A stretch of 63,175 nucleotides of DNA, counting the filler, from Guillardia theta CCMP2712 (lineage: Eukaryota; Protista; Cryptophyta), in the NCBI RefSeq assembly GCF_000315625.1. It is 4 parts of 4 records of this genome, joined end to end, with 100 filler letters (N's around TTAATTAATTAA, not from the genome) between each part and the next. Parts side by side here need not be neighbours in the genome. Positions count along the whole stretch, not along the records: positions 1 to 24,263 come from NW_005434365.1; positions 24,364 to 44,350 come from NW_005434618.1; 2 more parts are not named here. The stretch is one strand, 5' to 3'. A model generated the notes under the pieces. It did no database searches. It had not been told where the DNA came from and was given only the letters and a program-made list of their open reading frames with translations. A program made the translations under genes and the position numbers. Within the stretch, counting starts at the first letter, position 1. The number at the start of each line of letters is the position of its first letter. This document shows positions 15,085 through 25,832 of the stretch, in pieces.

Positions 15085-15918
15085 ATGAGCATGCCAGATC
15101 TGCAAGAGGAGTTGAAACGAAGCCATGGTGATGTTCAGGTCGACAAGCTGAAGCATGGGAAGGTTACCTCCAAGGAAAAACTCGAGGACCTGTTCCTTCC
15201 TTTCTCAGGTGCCATGAGTCGTTTTCGTCCAAATCTTGGGGCTTGTTTCTTAAAACTGTTGGACTTGTTTCCGATTGACGAGACTGGATCGTTTGTTGGA
15301 GAATTTCATGAAATGTGGGAGTCGTCTCCAGAAGGTCTAGAAAAATTCTCTTCGCTGGAGTGGAAGATTCAGGTCACGGCGTTGTTTCTGCATGCTGGGT
15401 ACATTTGGAAGAATGGGAAGAAATTCAAGGATGCTCTTGAGAAGTTTAAGAAGTTGCGAGGAAAATTCGAGGAGGCAATCGCAGCCAGCGAGGATGTGAT
15501 TGATGGTGCTTCAGAGGATGGAGAGATGGGTAATCCACTCGATACATCTGTGGTTTTCTCTCCACACAAGTACCAGATATCACCGAGGTTGTTCAGATCC
15601 TCAGCTGATCGACAGGAGGTGGAAGTCTTATTTGAAGATATTGCTGAGGTACTTGTAAGCACGAACAGTTATTTTCGAGTGAAGCTAAAGGATGATTTCG
15701 ACATAGAGTGGCAGATGTCAGGAGGAGGCAACTATCCTTTGGCATTCTTCAAAACTTTGGCACTGGTACGCTGGAATGTAAAGCAACGAAGTGGAGCTGA
15801 GCTTATCGAGCTTACTGAGGACGAAGGGAGAGATCAGCTCAGAGCGCTAGCGAAACAGCCACTTGAGTCTGAAGAAGCCTTCTGGAGGAACGTGGACAAA
15901 AATCAAGCTACTGTTTAA
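15085..15918 (+). CDS. Gag-like ORF of the copia element
   Basis: Intronless, helical-looking ORF in the gag position just after the 5' LTR. No CCHC knuckle is seen, and the 3' end may be frameshifted. Confidence 0.55.
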   Translation: MSMPDLQEELKRSHGDVQVDKLKHGKVTSKEKLEDLFLPFSGAMSRFRPNLGACFLKLLDLFPIDETGSFVGEFHEMWESSPEGLEKFSSLEWKIQVTALFLHAGYIWKNGKKFKDALEKFKKLRGKFEEAIAASEDVIDGASEDGEMGNPLDTSVVFSPHKYQISPRLFRSSADRQEVEVLFEDIAEVLVSTNSYFRVKLKDDFDIEWQMSGGGNYPLAFFKTLALVRWNVKQRSGAELIELTEDEGRDQLRALAKQPLESEEAFWRNVDKNQATV

Positions 15919-16047
15919 GAATCTCAAGGATAGTATTCAAGGTGTTGTGGGGGCACACCAAAGGATGGGGCCGTTAGAGATCCAGATCGCTGAACTCTTG
16001 CATGCCAGGTGTAAAGAATCGACTTGTGAAATTGGAAGAAGAGTAAT

Positions 16048-18932
16048 ATGAGACCAGAAAAGATTTCTCTCGACGAAATATTCCACTGGGGGCGCATCTT
16101 AAAAACTAGAAGCAAGACGACTACGACCGTGACGCCCGCGATGGATGCGAAGGGAGACGTGTCAGTGGTGAATATCACTGTGGCAAGTGAACCGATGGTA
16201 CCGAATGAACCGCAGGCTGTCGGAGAAGTTGCAGTGGGCAAGAAGAGATCCTCGGGGTCAGGCGAAAATAGTGGTCAAACGGATTCGGGAGAGAATTCTC
16301 ACGTCGATCCCAAATGGTATGGTAATTACCCAGTTCGTGGGAGTATACCTCCATCATATCGCAGAAGAACACGGAGGGATTTCAAGGCGGAGCGAGGGGT
16401 CTTGGAAAGCAAATATGTCAATCGAGATGTCGAAGTTCTTGTAAATGGTCAAGTAGAGCAAGGCAAAATTTTGCAGATGGTTTTCAAGGAGGGAAAGTTT
16501 CTCGCGCGGATTGTTTTCCCAACTCTCGACAATTACTGGGTGTTACGGTCTGTCACTGATCCTGACATCAAGTTTTTGGAACAAACCGAACAGAAGGCAA
16601 TGGTGGTGCTTACAAGTGGGGAGACAATATCAGAGGCCTGCATGTTAGCAGATTATTACTCGTGCAGCTTTCCACCGAACGTCTTTGGTGATATGACCGA
16701 CCATACCAAGGTTTTTAAACCCTGTCTTGATCGTGCAGCGGATGAGATCATGGATGTTGTCGAAGCTACAGTTGGGGGTTCGCCTGAAGTGGTTGTACTT
16801 TCCCAGCACAAGAAATTTCCACAGTATCTGCAAGTTACACATATTGTGCAGGGGTCGACTGAATCTGAAGAGATCTTGTATGTTTGGGACAGGGGGGAAG
16901 ACAGGACAAGCCTTCAGCCAGCATCCCAGCGTTTTGTTCCAGTATGGAGGGATGAGATGTACAAAACTCGTTTACAGCATGTCGATCCTGTGTCATCTGC
17001 CCCACAGGTCAGTGCTAATGTGGACCCTACTTTCAGGGATACGCGTCTTCTTGTGGCGAATCTAGCGTTGGTCTCTCCCGTATGGGACGCGGTGGAGCTG
17101 GCGTCTGACCTGTTATCTCTGATGTCTTCCGACCGTGACAATCCAGCTGCAATGCCTGAGAATCAGGCAGATTACGCGATGACAGCGGCTTGCGATGCAG
17201 GAGATGTGGAGAACGAAAGTAGTTTTGACAAGTTACCAGATCCCAAGACAAGGTCAGAGATGTTACGTCGTCCGGATCGGCATCTTTGGGAGCAGGCTGA
17301 AAAGGAGGAAATTGCGAAGATCGAAAGTCGTGGGGTCTGGGAAGTTGTTACGCGTGATCAGAAAAACAGGGAGTCAAATCATTCCGTCCTTGCTCGCGCC
17401 TTGTGGGTGTATGCTTCAAAACGAGACTTGAAGGGCAAGATCTTGAAACGAAAGGGGCGGCTAGTTATCATGGGCAACTTACTTCCTTCATCTGAAGAAT
17501 TGTTCGCACCGACTACATCGTTGGACAATATCCGGCTCTTGCTGAGCATCGCGGCAGGCAACCGTTGGAGAATCACATTCAGGGATATCTCTGCTGCTTT
17601 CGTGTATGGTGAAAAGAATCTCCAAAAAGCGGTATGCTGTTTGCATGGNNNNNNNNNNNNNNNNNNNNNNNNNNNNNNNNNNNNNNNNNNNNNNNNNNNN
17701 NNNNNNNNNNNNNNNNNNNNNNNNNNNNNNNNNNNNNNNNNNNNNNNNTGAGTCTTCCTCCTGAAAACCTCCTCAAAGTCTTGAAGTCGCTCTATGGACT
17801 TCGCATTGCACCAAGGAGATGGTATCTTAAGTTCACGCAGGTGTTGAAGACGGTGGGAGCAAGTGGGATAGGACATGATGAGATCATCTACCGATACTCC
17901 AACTGTGCGGGGGACGTCTTGCTTCTGACTGTCTTCGTGGATGACTTACTCATTGTCTCTCAAACTGAAGCAGTTAAGATTGAGTTTCTTGAGAAGCTCA
18001 ACACAGTATTCGACTTTTCGGGGAGTGAGGCAACAGGTACCTTCTTGGGCATTAAAATAGAACAGAATGACGATCAGGGTCGGATAACTTTGTCACAACA
18101 GCATTTCATTGAAAAGATTGTTGAACGCTTTGAAATCGTTGCCAGAGGTGTCAAAACGGTATTACCTGGTCACTATCTCAAGACTTATCACTTGGAGGGT
18201 AAGTTGTTGAACAAGAAGGAAGTCCGCACTTATCAGAGTCTTCTGGGGTCCATTCTCTACGTGGCAAATTGTACGCGGGTTGATATCGCATTCGCGACGA
18301 GCGTCCTTAGTCGCTTTGCTCGGGCTCCTAGGCAGTGCGATATGGATGCCTTAATTCATCTTCTACAGTACCTTTACACTACTCGGGAGGTTCAGATCGT
18401 ATACCATTGTCACGGAGTATCTTACCACCAGGAGTGTTTTGTCAATGAGATGATTGCATTCAGTGATGCTGGTTGGGGTACCGAGATTATTACGAGACGG
18501 AGTCAAAGCGGATATGGAATCGTTCTGAATGGTGGGGTAGTCGTCTTCGGTTCAAAAATGCAGAAGGTTGTTGCCCTGAGTTCTTCAGAAGCTGAAATTT
18601 ATGCTGCCACCACATGCGCGAAACTAGTCAAGCTTTATAGAAATCTCTTGGGTCAGATGGGATTTACGCAGACTCGTCCTACTCTCTTGTTAATCGACAA
18701 TGAACCATGTCTGAGGCTTTTGTGGGACAAGCGAAGTTATAGTCGACTCAAACACATTGATATTCGAACGAAGTATGCTGTTGATTTGGTAGAAAAGGAC
18801 GAGCTCTATCCAGAAAAGATTCATACTTCTTATCAGCCTGGTGATTTGCTGACGAAAGTTCTGCCTTTGAATCGGTGGAGGCTCCTTGGTGAATTTCTCT
18901 TCGGAGACCCCTTACCGGATATGCTGCTCTGA
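16048..18932 (+). CDS. Truncated Pol: integrase tail/linker, copia-type reverse transcriptase and RNase H (interrupted by an N gap at 17649-17748)
   Basis: DPKT..EML....W..A..EE, WVYASKRD..G...KRKGRLV, DISAAFVYG, LKSLYGLRIAPRRW, VFVDDLLI, RVDIAFA. RNase H motifs: FSDAGWG, ALSSSEAEI, IDNEP, KHIDIR, GDLLTK. Confidence 0.92.
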
Positions 18933-20465
18933 GGATGCTCGCCTGTCATGCTCTCTGCGCTTCTGTCAGGGACAGTGCTACTCTGTTCCCATGCCGTCAG
19001 TCGCCAAAGTTGTATGCCCCGTGTGTGATTGACGGTGATCCGAGTTCCAGTCTCCGACAAGGAGATTTAACCGATCCTGCTGCGGTGGCTTCCAGGCTTT
19101 ATCTTCCGTCTTTTCTCCGATTCAGGGAGGGTGTCTCGGACCCTTGCCACCGAGTCCGTGTCGCTCGAGAATTGTCAGTCTTCCGTCTTCTATCCGATTC
19201 AGGGAGGGTGTCTCGGGTGATGTCACCGAGGAGACTCTCATGGAGAACGTGAAGGAATCGGATGAATCGGAAGGAGGATAAAGACAGACACGTCTTCCTC
19301 AAGCCTGTGGCTAGCTGCAACCAAGACATCTGTTCTAGGTTAGTATCTTAGAAACTCGCTCATCCTGATCTATGGAACCCATGACGGTAGTGAACGATGA
19401 AATTGAATGGCCAAAAATGAACATTGAGAAAGAAATGACGGATGAGTCGAGATCGATAAGTCATGTGGTTGAAATGAAAGCGCTGACGTCAAAAATGATT
19501 GTGCCTTGGCAAAACAATGATCCCCGGGGTAGATAGGATAGAAAGGGCCCATAGATTAGAAACGAGAAAATTGTGTTCAAAACAATCAGAGATCAATCAA
19601 TGCATTGCAAGAATTCTGAACCTGATCTCTGGAGCTTGATTGGAATTCTAAATTCTTGGCATCATCAATGGGTGGAGATGTCTTCATTGCTCAATGCGCA
19701 AGCTTCAGAGAGGTCACATGATGACCAATCCCATCATGAGGATCAGGTTGAAGAGGAGGAGGAGCTGTCTGACTTGAAAGATGCAGATGTGTTCAGGACT
19801 TAGTCTTGAGCTGACACTGCAGGCAGCTGGGAAGAGTTTATGATGGAAGGTGAGGAGGAGCACAGGTGCATGCGGACAGCGCAGGCGGATGAGGAGCGTC
19901 TCTGTGGCATGCGGATGGTACAAGCTGAGGAACCCGTGTGCACGAGCCTCAGGATGCGCTAGAGGAGGACAGCGCAGGTGCTGCAGGAGTGCTGCTGAAG
20001 CGCAAGCGCTGGAGGAGCAGCGCAGGCCCTACGATGGTGGGGAGAAGCCGCAGCGCAGGTGGAGGAGCAGCACAGGTGCACTGTTGGCGGGGTGCGACCG
20101 CACTGCATCCGCAGCGCAAGCGGAGGAGGAGCGCAGGTGTCACAGGAGGAGAAACGCAGGCGCACCAGGGTGCACACTTGAAGCGAAGGAGGAGCGCAGG
20201 AGGCATGCAAGATGGGGGATGAGCCTGTGCAGAACGGTTGATGGAGTGGTAGCAGCAAGATGACCTTGGAGAGGAGAGCAGCATGGAAGTCAGCTTGGGA
20301 AAGATGTTGATGGTCAGGTGATGGGAGCAGCTGACAACGCTGCAAGAAGCTAGAGCGATCGTTGGAAAGGAGGACATCGCAGGGGACAGCTGCTTAGCTG
20401 TCAAGCAGATGATTTTGACAAGCTGAGAAGGTTGCAGACTTCCGACTTGCTTCACAAAGGGAGGG

Positions 20466-20955
20466 TGTAAGAACTCAGGTTCTGACAAACCTCTCAGAAG
20501 TTCTTTCAGACGCGATAAGTTCAAGGGATGCGTCTAATCAGGTTGTGAACCAAGTGAAGCCTGCAGGTCCAAGCTAGTGGGCTGGAGCTTAGTCTGTGAC
20601 TTAGAAGATCCGGTTGGTTGGAGCCTGGGGAAACTGAGGCGGCGCCGGAGGAATCAAGAGGCGCCGGCTGTCGAAGAGGCAGCACTCGTACAGTGGTGGA
20701 AGTAAGGCGGTGGTGTGTGAAGGGAAGCTGTTTGGTTGGTCTTGCTGCTACGAGTGTTGGGAATAAAGTGCTGGGGATTGTTGGGAAGTTGATCTGAGTT
20801 ACCTGAGGTGTTTGGTTGGCTGTGAAAGTCATTGGTGTCTTCGTGCGCACATCATCTGTGAGTCTTGGTCTTTGGACTTATCAGTCAGCTGTTGAGCTGT
20901 TCTACTAGTCATTCATCTGTGCACAGACTCTAGGAGTCAGGAATTGATTCCAATA
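20466..20955 (+). repeat. 3' LTR (TGTAAGAA...ATTCCAATA)
   Basis: Starts with TG immediately after the polypurine tract and duplicates the 5' LTR. Confidence 0.92.
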
Positions 20956-22345
20956 TGATCCGACTCTTTTAAAATCACTCAGTCAGTTTACTATGCCGCG
21001 CGGCGGCTCAGCGGCATCTCGCGGCGGGCCGCTGGAGTCCGGGGCCGGGACCGTGATCGGACCGTCTAGCCTCGGGGCCCGGGTCGCTGGGCCGCACCGG
21101 GTACGCGCCCGTAACTTAGCCTGTGTATGCGGCCGCCGTCACCGTCACGCGGCCGCTGTACGGTCGGGCTCGGCCCAGCCCGCCGCCGGCCTGATCGGAC
21201 AGTTCAACGTTAGCCGGGCCCGCCGGCGCCGGTCCCGCGGCGGCGGGCTGGCGGGCCGGGGCCGAGGCGAGTCCCGGGCCGCGGCTGGTAAATCCGTTTC
21301 AAACGGTTTTCGACGGTATACCCGTACCTATAGCAGGATCTTTGGGGGTAGTGTCAGAACAATAGGGGAAAAGAACCCACCCACGTCTTCAGCTCGAAGC
21401 AAGTAGCTTGTCATATGAGGTGGGTAGGGGTACTTTTGTACTGGTACTGGAATGTAACATTGTCTGGAAAATTTCAGGTAGGGTACACCAAATTCGGGGT
21501 GGTAGCTATTTTTGCTTTGAAACACCGGTGGATTAGAATTGGAATGTGAGAGGGTGGAGGGTAGGGGTGGTAGTTGACTAATTGAAGAGCCGACGATGGC
21601 GACTAAAGTAGCAGGTAAAGATGGCGGAGGGGACGAGGAGGAGGAGGAGGAGGAGAGGGGGGAGGGGGGATATGAGAAAAATGGATACATGCATAGATGG
21701 TATAGAGCAGGTAGAGATAGCAAGTTAGGAACTTGAAGACAAAAACAATAGCGAAAAATACCCCCATGGGGAAGGAAGAGGTCAGGTGATATCCCGAGGG
21801 GAAGGAGGGGTTTGCAACGTTTTGAATGTTTGTACCGAGAAAGAGAATCCTTTCTCTTACAGCTCAAACTCACAGATTGATTCTTTGAAAGTGTGGGTAG
21901 AGAACGTAGATGTAATGATGTGCAAGTCTTATCCCTGCCAAATAGAGCAGAAATTTGTTCATGAGATCTCTCTGACCTGAATGCGAGGATAACGAAACTG
22001 ATGTGAGCTCAACCATTGTGAACGTGCTGATTGCCTCCATGTGGATGCATTGCCTTTTGAAGCATTACTTCCTGTTTGAAATACTGAGGCCGGAATGGGG
22101 TATCGTGTGAACAAGATACGTCTTTTTGTGAAAGCAAACTTTTACCGGATGAGGAGGTCAAGATAGCAGGAAGTAGAATGGAGTGTAAATTCAAAGATAC
22201 AGAGAGCAAGTGAGCGCTCTGGAAGGCAGGCACATTATCCTCTTATAGAGAAAGTTCACTGTTGCATTCGTTGACTCGAAGGAGGGAAAAGCGGAGATTT
22301 AGGACGAGGAGTTTGTTCTCTCGTAACCTCGCCCTCCTGCTGCAG

Positions 22346-22592
22346 GCTTGACGAAGCTTCTTGGTCGTCGCATCACAAACCCTCAGGGAGTGTTCCGTCC
22401 TCTGAGAGGAGGCGATCACCACCACCAAGAGATGGCGGACCCTGCCAAGTACGGGCATTTCCCCATTCCCCACGTCTCGAGCATGCACAAGAACTTGGCA
22501 AAGGTAAGATCATGCAGATGAAGAGAGGAGGAGAAAAACTTTGGTGGAGATGATGGTGGCTGTGATGGAGACGGTGGTGGTGGTGGTGGTGG

Positions 22593-22636
<44 letters not shown>

Positions 22637-24170
22637 GTGATGATGCGGAAGGAAGGATCAAAAGGAATGCAAATACATTGGGAAGGAGAGGAGGAGGAGG
22701 GAAGAGAGGAGAGGGAAGAGGAAAGGAGGGGAGGGGTGAGTTCTGAACTCTTCACAGGGGTTCGGCACGGTTTTTTGGTTTTGGATTTTCTATCGAACTT
22801 ATCATGTAAGAAATTATTGGGAGAGTGGAGGGAGGTTGGTGAAAGTGAAGAGGAGAGGGGGAGAGGAGGAGAGAAAGATGAATAGGGGAGAAGAGGCAGT
22901 TGAAAGGAAGGGGACGATGACGAGGAAAGAAAGTTGTTTGGGGGGAGGGGAGAGCAGGAAGAGGGAAGGACAGAGGGAAGCGGATGAGGAGGAGGGAAGG
23001 AGGAGAGGAAGGAGGAGGAGGAGGAGGGAAGGAGGAGAGGAAGGAGGGAAGGAGGAGGAGGAGGAGGGAAGGAGGAAGAAGAAGGGGTCTGGAGGAGAAG
23101 ATGACGTGCGAGGCAGGACGGAAATGCCGTGTTTCTTGGTCACCATCCATTTCATGAGGAGCATTGAGAGCCTCGATGACTAGCGATAGTCGGAGAATTT
23201 TGTGCTGATGTTGCGGGAATAAACGGGAGAGACAGAACTGTTTTCAACGATGTTGTTATCTTTCGTTGGCTCAGAATTGACGCTTGCTTGTATCTTGTAG
23301 CTTCATTATCTCTACATCACACCAACACAATTGTCTTGACAAGATACAAAGTTCCCGGCCTATTTTACATAGTTTGCATGGCGTTTACGACCATTCTGAT
23401 GTCATTTGATCATATGATCGGGAATCCCTGTTATGACTTTCCCGCTGTCAAGGATCCGAATATCGCACAAGATTCTCTGAGCAGAAAGGAAGTCAACATG
23501 AAAATACAACCATGAAAGAGATCATGAGCATGAAGGAAACATCAAGACAGGCAGCGGAGAAGAAAGTTACATCCGGCAAACAAACAATCAACAGGCAAAC
23601 CACTTTCCACCCTCTTTGAGTCATCTCACATCTCCATCGGAGTAAACTTGCATCAGGTCCGCCTTTTGATTCAAGTACAACACCTGTCACCCAAACTTCA
23701 TTCCCTTCCCTCCCCTCCTTCCACCCCTTCCCTCCTCCCTTCCCTCCTCCATTTTGCTTGCTCCCTCCCCTCTTCCCCTCGCACCTCTTTCGTCTTCCCT
23801 CCCTCCTCTCCTTTCTGCTTCCTCCCTCCCCTCCTCTCCTCCCCTTCTCTTCTTGCAGTATTCCTCTCCTCGCCTGCATGCTCCTCTCTTCTCCTCACCG
23901 GGTTCATAGGAGCCTGCACACTCCCTGCTGGTAGAAATTTCTCCCCCTCCACGTCAACCTTGAGCTGCAGCAAAGGTTAGATGAGAAAACCAACCTCCGC
24001 CTCCCTCACCTCCTGAATTCCTCCCGTATCCTCTCCTCCCTCCTCCTCCTCCTCCTCCTCCTCCTCCTCCTCCTCGAGCTTCGTTCGGCTCTGAACATCT
24101 TTGTGCTGCAACAAGTTCATGGCTGGTCTCCTGAGGTGCCTCGCTCACCTCGTGAAGTCTCTGCATGTAG
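22346..24170 (+). CDS. Fragmentary multi-exon hypothetical gene, weakly sulfotransferase-like
   Basis: AG/GT-bounded exon at 22346-22503 (LTKLLGRRITNPQG...HKNLAK), plus small downstream segments reading DGNAVFLGHHPF and ENFVLMLRE. The gene structure is uncertain. Confidence 0.3.
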
Positions 24171-24307
24171 GAGACGACATGGCGACAACCTCGCACGATC
24201 ACTTCCTGCGGGGGCTGCGAGACAGTGAGGAGGACAGCAGAGGGGAAGTGGAGGGAACGAGGGNNNNNNNNNNNNNNNNNNNNNNNNNNNNNNNNNNNNN
24301 NNNNNNN

Positions 24308-24319
24308 TTAATTAATTAA
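24308..24319. other. Artificial assembly linker TTAATTAATTAA within an N gap (also at 44395-44406 and 60932-60943)
   Basis: An identical 12-mer with stops in all six frames sits centred in 100-nt N gaps. Confidence 0.95.
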
Positions 24320-24427
24320 NNNNNNNNNNNNNNNNNNNNNNNNNNNNNNNNNNNNNNNNNNNNCTCTCCCTCCCTCCCTCTTTCCCTCCTCTCCTTCTGA
24401 CTTCTTCTTCCTCTTCCTCTTCCTCAG

Positions 24428-25691
24428 GTTTCGGGACTCACGTCGAACTCTGGAAGGACGCGCTCAGCGAGCGAGCCACATCCCCGTACATGACCCATCA
24501 CACCAAGGCGAAGCAGTCGCTTGCTTGTCCTCCTCCAGCTGACCTTGAGCAGGGCATGCGAGTCAAGGACGTCTACTTCCGCCCCTTCGAAGACGTCCTC
24601 GGCATCTCTCACTCCCACGGCTTCAGCAGCATCTTGGTGCTCCTCCTCCTGCTCCTGCTCCTCCTCCCCCTCCCCCTCCTCCCCCTCCTCTCCTCCTCTC
24701 CTCCTCCTCTCCTCCTCCTCCTCCTCCTCCTCTCCTCGTCCTCCTCCTCCTCCTCCTCCCTCCCTCCCTCCTCCTCCTCCTCGTCCTCCTTGCCGTCTCT
24801 GAGCTGATCATGGTGAAGGTCCCTGGCTCAGGAGAGCCTAACTTCGACTCCTTCGAGGCTAATCCGTTCCAAAACAAGAAGCAGAGACGAGAAGCAGAGG
24901 TGAGAGAGGAGAGGAGGCGAAGGCTGAGACGAGGCCAGGAGAAGTACAGAGCAAGGGATGAGGCGGAGGAGAGGAGTGAAAAGAGGGAGGAGAGGAGGAG
25001 AGGAGGAGAGGAGGAGAGGAGGGAGGAGGAGAGGAGGGAGGAGGAGAGGAGGGAGGAGGAGAGGAGGAGAGGAGGAGAGGAGGAGAGGAGGAGAGGAGGG
25101 AGGAGGAGTGGAGGAGAGGAGGGAGGAGGAGAGGAGGAGAGGAGGAGAGGAGGAGAGGAGGGAGGAGGAGAGGAGGAGAGGAGGGAGGGAGCGTTCAGCT
25201 ACTGATGTGAAGCAGATTCATGCGTTGCTGGAGAAGTTGGATCCCGACATGATTTCGCTCAACCCCAACTTCATCGGCAACGTCGACACTTACGGTGAGG
25301 AGCGATGGGGAGCTGACAGCCCGTCTCACTCTGCACAGACAAGGACGTGATAGCGGAGGAGAGGAGACTAGCAAGAGAGGAGAACCTGACTGAGCGCCAG
25401 CGACAGAAGAAGGAGAAGCGACATGCCAGGTGCTGCTGACGCCTCCCCTGCTCGCGAAGCTGACGGTGAGAGTGAAGGGGGAGGGATCGAGCAGGCAAGC
25501 GATACAAGAAGAAACAGTTCAACGTGATCGAGGAGCGGAAGGAAGACGCGAGGAGGTGAAGGCACTTTCTCTTCAAACCCCTGGATGTGACGCACCGCAG
25601 GCACATTGCGGGCAAGAAGGAGGACAAGGAGGACAAGGAGGACAAGGAGCCGGTCGGGGTGCTCGATCGTTTTCGCGTTAAGCTTGACTAG
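24428..25691 (+). CDS. WDR46: WDR46/UTP7 (BING4) C-terminal exons; the N-terminus is lost at a gap
   Basis: [69 protein letters not shown] (BING4CT), ending [11 protein letters not shown]. Confidence 0.9.
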
Positions 25692-25832
25692 TCTTGTACA
25701 ATATGTGAATAGAAGCATTTGCTTACATGCTCATTTGCTTATATGCTCATTTGCTTATATTTACACACACACACGCTCTTCTCGGCTGCTCGCAAGCCTC
25801 AAGAAAGTCTGGCACGGTCATGATCCAAGGGC

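Larger units (their letters stand above)
14393..20955 (+). mobile_element. Ty1/copia LTR retrotransposon, recently inserted, internally deleted (no recognisable protease or integrase core)
   Basis: Near-identical direct repeats at 14393-14874 and 20466-20955, a PPT AAAGGGAGGG at 20456-20465, and internal gag-like and RT/RNase H ORFs. Confidence 0.93.

Noticed and set aside
24264-24363. TTAATTAATTAA palindrome repeated three times in the window
   Set aside because: It is an artificial gap linker. Genes are truncated at these points, so true gap sizes and adjacency across them are uncertain.
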